Notes: generated by a model not told the origin, from the sequence alone. Numbered from the stretch's first letter, positions 13,601 through 25,501 are shown. The stretch is DNA of 64,000 bases from Macrostomum lignano (GCA_002269645.1 NIVC01000201.1:310001-374000), one strand, 5' to 3'. Made by a program: numbers and translations.

Positions 13601-15702
13601 GAACAGCAGATCCCAACCGGCTCAAGGTCCCAACGCACTGCGCCACAGTGCTGACAGGGCTTGCTCATGCGGCCCAACTGATGCGTCTGTACTGCAGGCA
13701 TGGCTGCGAACTCCGGCCTGTGTTCAGCAGTGCAAATTTAAGTTATAGCTCAAATTTCTTTACTTCAGTTTATTACTACGATTTTTCCTAATAGGTTCCG
13801 TACACCACACATCAACTACTTTCTACCACACATCTACCACTTTCGCACAAAGTGGAAATAATATATACGCTGTTTTAATTGCTTAAAGTTGAAGATTTGT
13901 TCACAGCAAAGAGCTTTAGTTTCGTGATGAAATTAGAAGTAAAACAAAATCCATTAAGAATTAGAGTCACTCACTCGGCGTCCTCATCGGTGAACTCTGT
14001 TTGATAAGCTGCCGCACCGACGCCAGGTTGACCGAGGTCCCATTCAGGCGGTGCCTGGTTTGCCTGGTAGTCCGAGCTGCCGAAGCTGCGGTAAGGAGTT
14101 GTTCATAATCGTTCAGAACTTATCAAACGGAGACACCAAATTAAAATCCTTGCTACAGTCATGCAGCCGTGAGATACAAAGCAACTAATTTCGGGAATTA
14201 AAAATCTAGGGCATGAAAATTATAAAAGAATACTGTCCCATAACAATGCACAACATTTTTTTATAGTTAGGAAAAATAGCAACAATTCACCCAGTGTCTT
14301 CAGCTGAATAGTCAGGAGCCGCTGAGGCAAAACTGGCACCAGTCAGCTCTGAACTGCCCATTGCATCAGACGAAGACAAATTTCTCGAATCTTGCATACT
14401 ATTTTTTCAACGAGGCAAGAGAGGCAACGAGATAAGATTATGCAGGTACTGAACGCCGCATTACATTTTAAACAAAAATTACGTGCTTTGTCAGTTGCAT
14501 TTACCTGGAAGAAGCTGCAAAGTGCAGAGAATCGTAGTGTTCTCCTAGCCGATAGTACAAAAGCCAGACAGAAGCAACTGCAGGCCTGATGACAGCTGAA
14601 GCTGCACAAATCAACTGCAGCTGGCCTTCCCGCTGCTCATCAGCTTGGTAGACAGCAAAGTCCACATCCAGCAGTTCATGCAGCTTCGGCACAATGAACT
14701 CGTGGACGTACACACTGTCGCGCCGAGTGTATTGCAGCACTTGATCCACAGTCAGGTTGCTAGCTGCCAGCAAGACGGACTGCTCTTCGAGCACAGGCCC
14801 TGCCCGATCAGCAATAACTTGCCGCAGCTGCCTGTGGTCCATGGCAATTGGTGTGCCCCTCAGCTGATCCTCGAGAGCATGGAACCAGCAGTTCCCATCA
14901 CCAGGCATTCGAGACACTCGAAATGTACCCCTTGGAACACTATCGGGCGGTGTGGTGAAGCTGCAGCTGTGGGTTTAAGCAAAAATTGTTTGTTTAATTG
15001 TCTATAACTTGTTGTCTATAAATCGTTCAATATTAAAAAGCACGTTGAACCCGTTGTCATGCTTAAAATATTAAATACATTGATGCAGTTCCACTATTGC
15101 CCTTTAAAATGAAAATACTATTATACGTCACTTAGCTGCCAATTAAAGCCCTCCCAATTTGTAAGAAAACAGAAAACATTAACCTCACTGGATAGTTAAT
15201 AAATTAATAAAACTGCAACAGAAATAGTTAGCCAAATTTCAAACGGAAAAGCATCTTACCTGATGGTCTGTCGTTCCGGCCCTTGAGAAGCTTCATAACG
15301 CAACCGATTCAACCTCAGTCGCTCATTTCGCTGCAAATCATTTTCCTGGGCCATTCGCCGGCTCCAACACTCTTTCGCAGCTTGCAGACGGACGGCTCGC
15401 TCAGCCGCAGACTCTCCGGATCTCCGCTGCTCCGAGCGCTTCTTCTCAGCCTGGAGCCTGACGTCTCGCTGGGCTGCGGATTGGGCCCCCCGCTGTCTTT
15501 GCTGACTGTCTCGTTGTGCCAGCAGTCGCTGCTCTCGTGCTTCAGCCGACTCAGCCGCAGACACGGCAGCCCGCTGTCTTTGCTGACTCTCTCGTTGTGC
15601 CAGCAGTCGCTGCTCTCGTACTTCAGCCGACTCCTGATGTCGCCGTTTCTTCGCCTCGCGGCTTTTTTGCAAAGCACTTTTGGCACCACGAAGTTTCGGC
15701 AT
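7682..15702 (-). CDS. Helitron Rep-helicase (coiled coil + OTU protease + Cys-rich region + HUH Rep + PIF1-like SF1 helicase), 11 exons, about 1754 aa, with one frameshift near 8225
   Basis: Exons by eye, all GT-AG: 15702-15260, 14966-14505, 14353-14291, 14085-13975, 13717-13130, 12856-12090, 11737-11395, 11103-10806, 10482-9455, 9260-8864, 8445-7682. Total 5264 nt, +1 nt = 1755 codons. Motifs: EYQKRG/LPHVHILLW (HUH), VKYIIKYLLKG (catalytic Tyr), DAPAGTGKT (Walker A), WDEISM, GDFRQLLPV, TIHKAQGQSL, HGQLYTALSR, RNIVYPEVL. Confidence 0.92.
14505..14966 (-). other. OTU-like cysteine protease domain exon within the Helitron protein
   Basis: PGDGNCWFHALEDQL ... GEHYDSL, the Cys-box and His-box signature of OTU deubiquitinases. 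The exon is in phase with both neighbouring exons. Confidence 0.85.
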
Positions 15703-16585
15703 TATTTTTTCGTTCGAAAGGAGTAAAGTACGTACAATATAGCAAATGAAATTAGAATAAAAAACAATCGTAGTACTACGCCCCTACAATCTACAGAACA
15801 GTACGAAAAGGATATGGTATGATTGATAGGAAAGTACGGTACTGTAGTTTTTTAAATTAACGAGTAACGTATCTTTAATTAATTTAGCTAAGAGGTGGTT
15901 GCGGATTGCAAATAACAGTCACGCAGTGAAAAGTCAAATTGAAAACGAAGTTGAGCAAATTTTACTAATTTTTCGCTTGATATATACCAGCGTTAGCCAG
16001 ATAAGAATATAGAAAAAAAGATGCATGGAAAGCGTACACTGAATTCTAAATAAATCAGCTAGAGAACGGATTGTAGCAATACCCCTTCATTCAGTTAATT
16101 AAAAGGGTCTGTGTGCAGGTCAATGTGTACATATTCAATAGGTTGGGTGAGCCTACAGCCAATCAAATAGACTTCTCACACCCACCCCATCAATTCTCAC
16201 ACCCATTAATCATTCCGTCTGCAATTTTCTAACCATTGTGCAGTGTACAGAATGAATGTGCAGTGCAGCAAGAAGGCAGGTAGCTATGAGCAATGCCGAT
16301 ATTTCATAATGGTTGGCTTGTGTAGCTGTCAAATAGATCGATAATTGGGGTTGACGCACTGGAGAGAGAGAGTGATAAAAATGTACGCGGAGATGAATTA
16401 GGGGTAGTAAAATGGCGTGATGTGTTCAGGTGAGTGTACGCACCTACACCCTGAAAGGCAGATTAATAGTATCGCATTTTCAGAAAGCGTATTTAACAAT
16501 GGCCTCGTCAACCATTTTTCATCTTGCGAGAATTCACATACTTTTGATCGCATAAAATTCTACTCATACTAAGTAACGATAGAAG

Positions 16586-17835
16586 ATGAAAATTCTTGAT
16601 GTAAGAAATTGCACGAAGCTAACGACTCCCTTGCGGGGAAAAATTCTGGTTCGGAATGAGGTGAGCTGCACTTTTAGTTTCTTCGCTTACTTTTGCACAA
16701 TAGTCAATTAAATTCACAATAGTCAATTAAATGCACAATAGTCAATTAAATGCACAATAGTCAAGAAAACAATACTACTGTAATTTGTAGGTGAAAATCA
16801 ACTCAAAAATTTTTCCTGACCCCACATTTGTTTAGATTCGGTCCTACTCAAACCGTAGTGGCCCCGGCACTTTGTTCTCGGCCCTTCTGATCGACGAGAC
16901 AGCTGAGATCAAAGTGTGTTTTTTCGGACGTAACCTTAACGATTCGTGGCAGAAGTGTACCGAGGGGAACGCTGTAAACCTTCACGGCGTTGAAGTGAAG
17001 ACAGCGGATCAGCGCTACAACTTTGCTGAGAACCTTTTCGAGCTAAATGTCAATGTCGACAAAGGTGGTTTCGTTGAAGAAGCGGAAGACTTCGTGTGTT
17101 CACCGCACTACAGATTCCACCCGATATCAGAGCTAGCCACAATTGGGACTAATGGGTGAGAATTCTTATGTCAAAATTATATTCTTGTGTCTATATCTAT
17201 AACTCTATCTATCTATCCATCTATCCATCTATCCGTCTATCCATCTAGCTATCTATCCACTTCTCAATGTGTCTTACCCATTTATCTATTCAAGATTTGA
17301 CTTTGAACCCCATTTCTGATCCTAGCGTTCGCGTCGACTTGCTGGGGGTAGTAATATCGACTGCTGGTCCGACCGACGTCCAGACAAGAAATGGTCCTAC
17401 GCAAAGGACTGGCGTTGTCTTGGCAGACAACAGTGACCGTACAGCCCTCTGTACGTTCTGGGGACGGCGAGCCGTTCAGGTGTCCTCGTGGCACATCAAT
17501 TCTATTGTGGCAATCAAGGGGGCGCGAACAAGTGACTACGATGTCCTCTCGCTTAGTTGCTCCTCCGTCTATTGTGTCCTGGATCCCGACGGAGTTGACC
17601 TCAGTGAGCTGCAAAAATGGCGTGAGGAACGAGCAGCCAAAGAATTGATGCCCGTTGCTGCCTCTCGCCAGCCGCAAATCGACGATGCGATTTGCATCGA
17701 CGTGCCCAGCAGCGTCAAACGGGTCCGCATCCGTCGGGGAAATATCGAGGTAAGGCTCAATATTTAACTCAATTCAATTTAGTATGCATGCTCTTCCTGT
17801 CATAGCCAACAGAACCAGCTTCTTCACAAAACTAA
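16586..17835 (+). CDS. RPA70-like single-stranded DNA-binding protein (two OB folds), 4 exons, about 282 aa
   Basis: Exons 16586-16660, 16836-17155, 17326-17749, 17806-17835 (849 nt, in frame). IRSYSNRSGPGTLFSALLIDETAEIKVCFF resembles RPA70 DBD-A. VDLLGVV...LADNS...CTFWG...VAIKGARTSDY...LSCSS resembles DBD-B. Confidence 0.85.
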
Positions 17836-18558
17836 CAGAGGACGATCGATCTCAACGATTCGGAGCCACAGAGTTCACAGTGAGTAATCGAATACTTTCA
17901 TGCCGTTAGAATTTGCGTTGCGGGTATCAAGGAGCTACAATATAAAAATTTTAACGAATCACAAATCTTACTTGCAGACAAAGCGACACGTCATTCTCCT
18001 CTCAGTGAACGATGTACGGCGAACATCGGTGAAGATGTACGATGTACGGTGAAGAGTGAAAGCTGATAATAAAATAAAAGCTGAATAAAACTGTTCTGGA
18101 TAAGACTATTTACCTTCTGTCTTTTTCACTTACGTATATCCATCTGTCGTTGTGTCAGCTCATGCCTGTCTGTCCGTCTATATATAAATTGTACAGCAAC
18201 AATCATTCCAGTCTCCCCAGAAGTGTAAGATTCTCCCCAGATTAGCACCGCTCCCCAGATTAGTAATGCTCTCTGCAAATTAGCACATGGGAGGAGACTT
18301 CATTATTGTCAAAATTCTGCAGTTCTCCTCCCGGCTGGCTCCTCAGTCTCCTCAGCAAACTTGCAATAGTCCATTTATCTATTTAAAAATTTCTCAGCAT
18401 TTAGTACGACTCACTAATCAGTACTCGATACATAACTACACCAATATCTTATCTATTCTATATCTATATCTATACTCGATCATAGGATTTAGCTATGCCT
18501 TCAGCAGTTTAGCAGCATTGTCTGCAGTTTAGCAATTTCATGCTTAAATGCAGGCAAC

Positions 18559-18708
18559 GGTGACCGGACATTTCGTCAACCGGCATTTCGTCAACCAGAC
18601 CAACCATGTCCGGTTGCCGTAATGTTTGGTTGACAATACCAGTTGACGAAATGCCAGTTGACGAAATGCCGGTTGACGAAATGCCAGTTGACGAAATGTC
18701 CTGGAACC
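18559..18708. mobile_element. 150 bp MITE with an 8 bp target-site duplication
   Basis: Ends GGTGACCGGACATTTCGTCAAC and GTTGACGAAATGTCCTGGAACC. It has internal 15 bp GTTGACGAAATGCC(A/G) repeats and is flanked on both sides by CAGGCAAC (18551-18558, 18709-18716). Confidence 0.8.
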
Positions 18709-18929
18709 CAGGCAACACCCATTGATGAGATCAGTAACACTCAAAGCAGTTTACAAATCAAATTTGTTTAGTGGCTTGTGCCGATTAGCGAAAATATAAG
18801 CACAAGCCACTAAGCAAACGTAAAGCAAACTACGTAATAAAAATGTTTCAATCGCTATTAATAGACAGACGTTTCAATTAGTCGATGCAGAATTTAGAAA
18901 AAAATAAATTCATGCAATTTAAATTATTC

Positions 18930-19515
18930 GCAGCGAGGTGGACTCGAACCTGGGACCTTACGCCTAGCCTAAACCTAGTGCCTACATGCGGCTACTCCGC
19001 CTATTGATGGAAAGGCGAGAAAATCAGCCATATTAGCTTCGACACTGCAGTCAAATACATAGCAGTGATGGGCTGCTCAGTGCGCAGGCAGAGCCAATGC
19101 ACAGTTGAGTGAAATCTATAAATAGCAATTGTCTATGCAGTCCGCCATTCAGCTAGGGTCAGAGGAATGTACAAACAGCCACTGAGCATTTTTTCTCTCC
19201 CTTGCACACTGTAGCCAGTATTGAAACTTGGAGAAAAAAGTTATGGCGCAATCTCAATTGGAGTTTCAATTCAGTCAGTCGAGATTTTGACCTTTTCTAG
19301 CCTCCCATTAAAAGCATAAGGAAAACTCGTTTTTCGAATATTTAATCCACTTAGCACGGAAGCAAATATTTGAAAATTTTTAGGTACAATCCTTGAAAAA
19401 ATTTGCAGGTTTAGAAAAAAACGCGATCAAATTTGTTTGAGGCATTCAGTATTAAATGCGTCATTCACAAACAGACAGACAACACAAACAAAGGTAGGAC
19501 TTTTAGTATATTAGA
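18930..19515 (-). mobile_element. Helitron 5' terminal region, with a tRNA-like segment at about 18930-19000
   Basis: The minus strand reads A|TCTAATATACTAAAA from 19515, followed by a TTTG/TCTG microsatellite. It is similar to the 5' ends at 33102, 37281 and 47642. B-box GGTTCGAGTCC at about 18940-18950. Confidence 0.65.
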
Positions 19516-20245
19516 TTTTGATTTGATTTTTAGTATATTGGAGGACGAGGCAAACTCCTCCTTCGGAGAAGAAAGGGTAAGAACTCCCATCACCGGAATT
19601 CCATTCCCTGAACTCCATCAGCTGAATCCCATGACCCAACTCAATTTCAGTAAAAGTATCACGAAGCAGTTGACATAATCAATTTCTTAAGTCAGTAGGC
19701 ATCAGTCTCAATTTAGTGAATATGGTTACGCAATCTAAATCAACCCTCTAATGCACACTCCCCGCCGATACACAGCAACCCCTCATTTAATGCATTTAAT
19801 GCATTTGAACCGCCCTTGAAGTTCACTGCCCAGTTAATACACAGAGCTGCCTTTTGAAAGGCACCGATAATAAAACTAATTGATCAATAGATGGCGCCTT
19901 CGTTATCTCAGTCAGTCAGTATAAGTCTCACTTAACTTTAATATAAAGTTACGCAATGTAAATTAACCCTCCAATACACAGTGACTCCAATGCACATTGG
20001 CAGTTAGAAATTGAACACCTTCACTTTATATTTGACCTTTACCGAAGATGAGTACAATCTGTGCTCAGTTAGAACTCCATCCCATCTAGAATCCCAGCTT
20101 TGAAGCTTAAGTCTGGCACATGTAGTAACGTAATTTTTTTATTTGCATGAAAAAACTGCACTTTCATGGACAAGGGCGAGGCAAATAATGCAATGAAATT
20201 ACAGGCATAAAAATAAACAAAAACATATTTACAGTATATTCTATT

Positions 20246-20660
20246 TGTCAACACAATCCGAAAACAACTTGAAGAAATCGAAAAGCTGCAGAAAGCCATA
20301 GATGGCACTTACAGTTTGAGCACAAGAATAACACCTGAATGCTCAGGAGAAGCAGTTATACCCAACATACCCAACAACAGTCAAAAGATCCACCTACCAA
20401 GTAAAGATATTTGTATTCACCTTTTAATGTGCATTTTAAATTAGAAGTTCTCTAACTACACGGGATTTGTACTGGTGGAACTTTTGACTGTTGCCGAGTA
20501 TAAAAGGGCACAACAAAAAGCGAAGATCAAGTACATCTCGAAAGAAATTGTAACAGAGCAAAGAAAGCAGCTGAAAGTACTTGAAGCTACTGGCAAACAC
20601 TAATACGAACCGAGAGTGCAAGGAGAAGGAATGCGACTGCTTGGTTACCCGACTGCAAAA
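20246..20660 (+). pseudogene. Degenerate inverted copy of the 20831-21274 coiled-coil ORF
   Basis: TCAACACAATCCGAAAACAACTTGAAGAAATCGAAAAGCTGCAGAAAGCC vs TCAACACAGTCCGACAACAACCTGGAGAAATTCGAAAGGCTGCAGAAAGCC. EYKRAQQKAKIKYISKEIVTEQRKQL vs EHKSAQHEAKLKSSLEEVVMEQRQQL. Frameshifts and stops are present. Confidence 0.75.
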
Positions 20661-20830
20661 GAAGAGATTTTTGTTTTAAATTTGTTGAATTATATTTTGC
20701 AAGTTTTGAAGTTTTAAGTCTCTGAGATCTAGATTATTAATTGTTATTTCTAGCTAATTGGGTGTTTATAAGCAGTCGGAAATCCAGAAGAAAATATAAG
20801 TCAAGTATAGATATTTAATAAATTAAATAG

Positions 20831-21274
20831 TTAGTCTGCTTCGCTCGCCTTCGCCGAGTCCGCTCCGGGCTGCGGCCCCACAGTCGGTCCGTCCGGGTGC
20901 TGAGCAGAGCCGTTGTCCCGACTGCAGAGTCGCTTCGCAGGTGGCTGGCCCGAAGCGGCGTCCTCGACGCAGGCGAGCAAAGCAGCGTCCTCGTCTTGCA
21001 GAAAGGCAGCCAAGCGGTTGCACTCCTTCTTCTTGCTCTCCAGTTCGGCTTCCGTGTCTGCCAGTCGCTTTTTGTAGTGCTCCAGCTGCTGTCGTTGCTC
21101 CATTACAACCTCTTCGAGGGAGGACTTGAGCTTTGCTTCATGTTGTGCCGATTTGTGCTCCTCCTGAAGCATTTCAGATGTCTTTCTCACGAACAAACTG
21201 AAGTGCTGCTCCATGGCTTTCTGCAGCCTTTCGAATTTCTCCAGGTTGTTGTCGGACTGTGTTGACTTGGACAT
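20831..21274 (-). CDS. Orphan coiled-coil protein (MSKSTQSDNNLEK...), about 147 aa, function unknown
   Basis: GC-rich ORF in AT-rich surroundings, rich in E/K/Q/L with a heptad-like pattern and a PPAKR basic motif. A diverged duplicate next to it supports a coding origin. Confidence 0.55.
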   Translation of the reverse strand: MSKSTQSDNNLEKFERLQKAMEQHFSLFVRKTSEMLQEEHKSAQHEAKLKSSLEEVVMEQRQQLEHYKKRLADTEAELESKKKECNRLAAFLQDEDAALLACVEDAASGQPPAKRLCSRDNGSAQHPDGPTVGPQPGADSAKASEAD

Positions 21275-22488
21275 TTTCGACTTATACTCGTAGTTCAAAA
21301 CAATATGCAATACAGTTGACTGTTGATTGATGACTGATAATTGGGGCTGATTTTGCGATCTTGTATTTATAGGCGCGGTTTGGGGTGAGAACTGGTGTGA
21401 CTGGTTTTGTGAGTTGTCTGCCAGATGGATTCATTCCAGTTCTCAAAAGACTTAACACCTGCATTTGATCAGCATATTGGTGAGTGAATAAAATGTATAT
21501 AAGCTGGTGTGGAGAGTCTCACAATTTAATTAGATTTACATGAACTGAAACCTTTCAATTTGACTTAAAATGTTGCGCAACACAGTTGATTGGTCATTCT
21601 AAAGTTCTCACATTATTGGTTAGCTTACTGAAAACTTTTGATTGGCTAAACTTTTAAGCAAGCTTTAAGGCTAGAGTACAATGTCTGGGGTTGACTGTTT
21701 TGGGTTTGGAAGTCTCTATAGAGTAGAATTCAAGTGCTCACTGCCAACTGAAGTTTATGCGAATCAAACTTTAGGAATATGATTCAGCGTTAGGGTGCGA
21801 TTGCAGCTTAAAATGTTCTGCTACGGCATTCTCTGTTAAGAGCTTAGAGTTCACAGTCAGTCTAAAATTGTGATAATCTAAAGTCTGTGATAGACCGCCA
21901 CGTTGCGCAAATCATTATTTGAATGAATCACTCTGTAACAGCTGGTTTGCTACTCATTCTCTGCCAATTCACTGTAAAGCAGTTTAAACGTGCGAAAAAC
22001 TGATTGGCTGCCCGTCAGCTATAGCAATCACGCAGGCACTGTACATCTTAGTGAGAATGGAGGAAAAAGTACCAAAACTAATTTGTATAGCTGCACTGAA
22101 TTACAACTTCTTGACTCCTTCAAATACTTATGTTGCTGCGTTCCTTTACAGCTAGCTGAATGCCCCTACTCGAATTCCTTCACCCCTGTTGAATAAAAAA
22201 ACTAATTCAAAGACATCATTGGGGGGGGGGTACGCAGGAAACGATCGAATAACCCACTGGTCCACATGACCTCAAACGACGTCGAATCAAGCAGTCTACC
22301 TCGATTTGACTATATTCTGGTGTTTCCAACAATTTTTTTATAAAAAACCATCACTGTTATGTCGAATGTGTTAAAAACATAGATTTTGTTTGAAATTAAA
22401 ATGAAAAAGTATGACGTAATGACATCGTATCCATGCCGTAAAGTAGGACCTCGTTTGTACGATATAACTTCGATAAGAAGTACATATG

Positions 22489-22846
22489 AAACATTCGCCG
22501 ACACTTATTCAGACACTTTAGTTTCTGTCGTACGAATCGTAGGAACAAGCATTAAATTTGTTTATTCCTAACAAACTATCAGTAAAATGCTTTATTTTAA
22601 GCTTTTTGCTTTATTTTATTAAATATGAATTAGGAAGTGTCCTGGACAAATTTAACATTCTTCTTCACGTGAAGAGAATCTATGCAGAATAACAAATTTC
22701 ATGATTCATATTTAATAAAATAAAGCAAAAAAGCTTAAAATAAAGCATTTTACTGATAGTTTGTTAGGAATGAACAAATTTAATGCTTGTTCCTACGATT
22801 CGTACGACAGAAACTAAAGTGTCTGAAAAAGTGTCGGCGAATGTTT
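22489..22846. mobile_element. Foldback/MITE-like element with about 142 bp near-perfect inverted arms
   Basis: 22489-22630 is the reverse complement of 22704-22846 (AAACATTCGCCGACAC...ATATGAAT / ATTCATAT...GTGTCGGCGAATGTTT), with a 73 bp spacer. Confidence 0.85.
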
Positions 22847-22854
22847 AATACGTA

Positions 22855-22979
22855 TAGGGTGCGTTCGAGTGACTTAAAATGACTTAAACTGCCATTTTAA
22901 CGTCCTCAGTAAAACAAATGTTAAGCAGACTAAATGTAAAAATAATCTAGGTCATTTTAAGTCACTCGAACGCACCCTA
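22855..22979. mobile_element. About 125 bp MITE, possibly PIF/Harbinger-like
   Basis: 29 bp perfect TIR: TAGGGTGCGTTCGAGTGACTTAAAATGAC / GTCATTTTAAGTCACTCGAACGCACCCTA. Confidence 0.75.
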
Positions 22980-23605
22980 AGAAGTTGATAGTTTAAATTT
23001 TTGACATAAAAAACATGTAATAAAAAAATTAGCACTGTTACTTCAAAGATTTTTATAATCATTTTTACCAGTTATGTCCTAGCATTAGCGAACAATAAAG
23101 AGTATTTTGTTCATTTGTTATAGTACATTAATTTAATCTGGACAGACTAGTCTATCTGCGGTTTCAAATTCTTTCCCAGACCTACGACGGCTCTATACAC
23201 GTGCGTGCGCGTGCGGACGTAGTCTACAAATGATTATCTTTGCTGCGCTAGAATTGTTATTGAAAGATAAAGCTGAAAAAATAATATACACTGCGTTTTA
23301 AATAAGCTTGTCTGTTATCGTTCATAATAAACTTTCATTCTTTATTTCTTTTATATTAAGTTCAGGCCTATTATTATTTATTACTGCTGCGCCCTTACTG
23401 CCTTTTATGCCCCTTTACTGTCCCGGCTAATATTCATTTAATACATTAACTTATGAATTTATTGCTTATCTTCAAATTCATTTATATTATAGTTATACTT
23501 AATTTTATGTTCATAATTTGAGAAAGATACTGGGTCTAACTCTATATTTTAATAAAAGTTTAATTTCCTCTTACTGGAGACTCCAAGCCTAGTAGATTCT
23601 GAAAG

Positions 23606-23788
23606 CATGGGCGGCAGACAGTGGGAGCTTGTGGCACCGGGGGCACATGCCCACCTCCCCTAGAAAATAAGTCCATATGGAAATTTTAGTGCTTTTTCTA
23701 ATTTTAGCCTTTAATTAGCAGCTTATAAAGGTACATGTGGCCCACTTGCTTTGTGCCACATGGCACATATTAAGCTCTGCTGCCCCTG
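23606..23788. mobile_element. hAT-like MITE, 183 bp
   Basis: TIR CATGGGCGGCAGA / TCTGCTGCCCCTG. 8 bp TSD TCTGAAAG at 23598-23605 and 23789-23796. Confidence 0.85.
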
Positions 23789-24546
23789 TCTGAAAGTAAA
23801 AAAATCAAAGTTTTGTAATATAAATTTTAAACTCTGTAAAGATTAATAAATTTACTGCTTACTTAAACTTCTATTTTTAGTGAGTGAACATTTACTTTAT
23901 TGCTTAGCATAGTTTTAAAAAAAGATTTTTCATAGAGCAAAACAAGTTTGCTTATGTAATATATATTAAATGAAAGTAGTGCATTCAAGTATTTTTCAAT
24001 TCCACATAGCTGGCCTATATAGACAAGTTTTGGCCTATAATTCTGTTTATATATGTTATCATATAGCACATTCTATGAATGTTTTATGTTTACTACACAA
24101 ATTATCTTTTATTTTAATTTTATTTAGACATCTATGAATAAAGTCTATGAATAACTTGTAGCACCCAAGTGTTTTAGTTATTAGGCCTAGTAGAAATAAA
24201 GGCATTCTTTTGTTTTATAATCCCTGAGCAGGTCAAGTTTTGTCTTACGATCCCCATAAAAAAGAGTTGAAAAGACACTCTAGTTTATCAAAAAAGTATG
24301 TTTCTCATTTATTTTTCAAAAAAATCACTGCAACTCCCTTTCTAGTCAACTTAAACCATCACTGCAACTCACTTTTCAGTCAACTTGAGGATTGTAGGCG
24401 TAGCATGGTTATGAAAGCACATAGCTTATATTCACTTACGATCATATGGTCATACGATCATTAAAATGGTGAAATTATATGTAGAATGATCGCAGGACAA
24501 AACCAAAAGAGCTTGTAGGTTTCGAATTACAATTACCGCATTAGTA

Positions 24547-24960
24547 GAATTGTATTGGAGGGATCGTATGACAAAAGTGAATGGATTGCTACATCCTAAA
24601 TTTCTGTATTAATCGATCATTGTCACTCTACAGACTGATATCTTAAAACTGTATTTGTTATAAAATTTGCACCCGTCAGCGTGCACCACCCCCCTCATTT
24701 TTGTCATACGATCACCCCTTGGTATAACACATAGGTCCAATGAACTGAGAGGATTGTCAGACAAAAGTGAGGGGGCACCCAAAAAAAGTGCAATACAGTA
24801 TATTTAGTAAAAAATGCTTCTCATGTGTGCCACAGGGACTTGGCTTTTTGTCTGCAGACATATTGTAGAGAGACTAGCTACAATTGACTGTTTAGTTGAA
24901 ACGTCTATTATAGCGACAATTTCCTACCATTTTGTCATACAATCCCTCCAATACAATTTT
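24547..24960. mobile_element. MITE-like element with about 30 bp terminal inverted repeats, unclassified
   Basis: AATTGTATTGGAGGGATCGTATGACAAAA on the left and TTTTGTCATACAATCCCTCCAATACAATT on the right, with internal partial copies of the motif. Confidence 0.65.
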
Positions 24961-25466
24961 AACATCGGTGTGATTAACACAGAGGCGGAAGGCCTTTTAT
25001 TTTAATGGATAGAATGGCAGCAAAGAGTTTATGCTTATTTGTGGGTATATTTATATTTACACAAACTGCGTGAGATGGAGGTGGAGTGGCATGATAAGCT
25101 ATGCTAACCCTCCCCTCCCCCTGGCTTAGTGAGCTGGCTAGCCTGGTGCGTAACCAGTTTTATAACATGCCAATTTTAGTGAGCAACAAAGGTCAGGCAA
25201 AGCTTCCATATGGAATCATTATTGCACAAGAAATCAAATAGAAAGTTAAAACCCATGCTGCCGTTGTCAATAATTGGAATACAAAAAATTGCTTTAGTTT
25301 TTGTAACACAGTATAGGCCTATTGACCTAAATATTTTATTGAAAAAGTTTTAAATAATAGTTTATTGTAAGATATATGACAATAATATAATAATACCTTT
25401 AAAAACAAGTTTGTTTCATTTCAATGGCCATGGCATAATGTCAACTCATATTAAACATGAAATTGA

Positions 25467-25501
25467 TTTGATTTGATTTGATTTGATTTGATTTGATTTG
25501 A
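25467..25501 (+). repeat. (ATTTG)n microsatellite
   Basis: About 7 perfect copies. Confidence 0.9.

Noticed and set aside
7796-14607. Many plus-strand ORFs overlapping the Helitron exons
   Set aside because: They are antisense shadows of GC-rich coding exons. The same applies to the ORFs opposite HSPBAP1, MFSD6 and PRORSD1.
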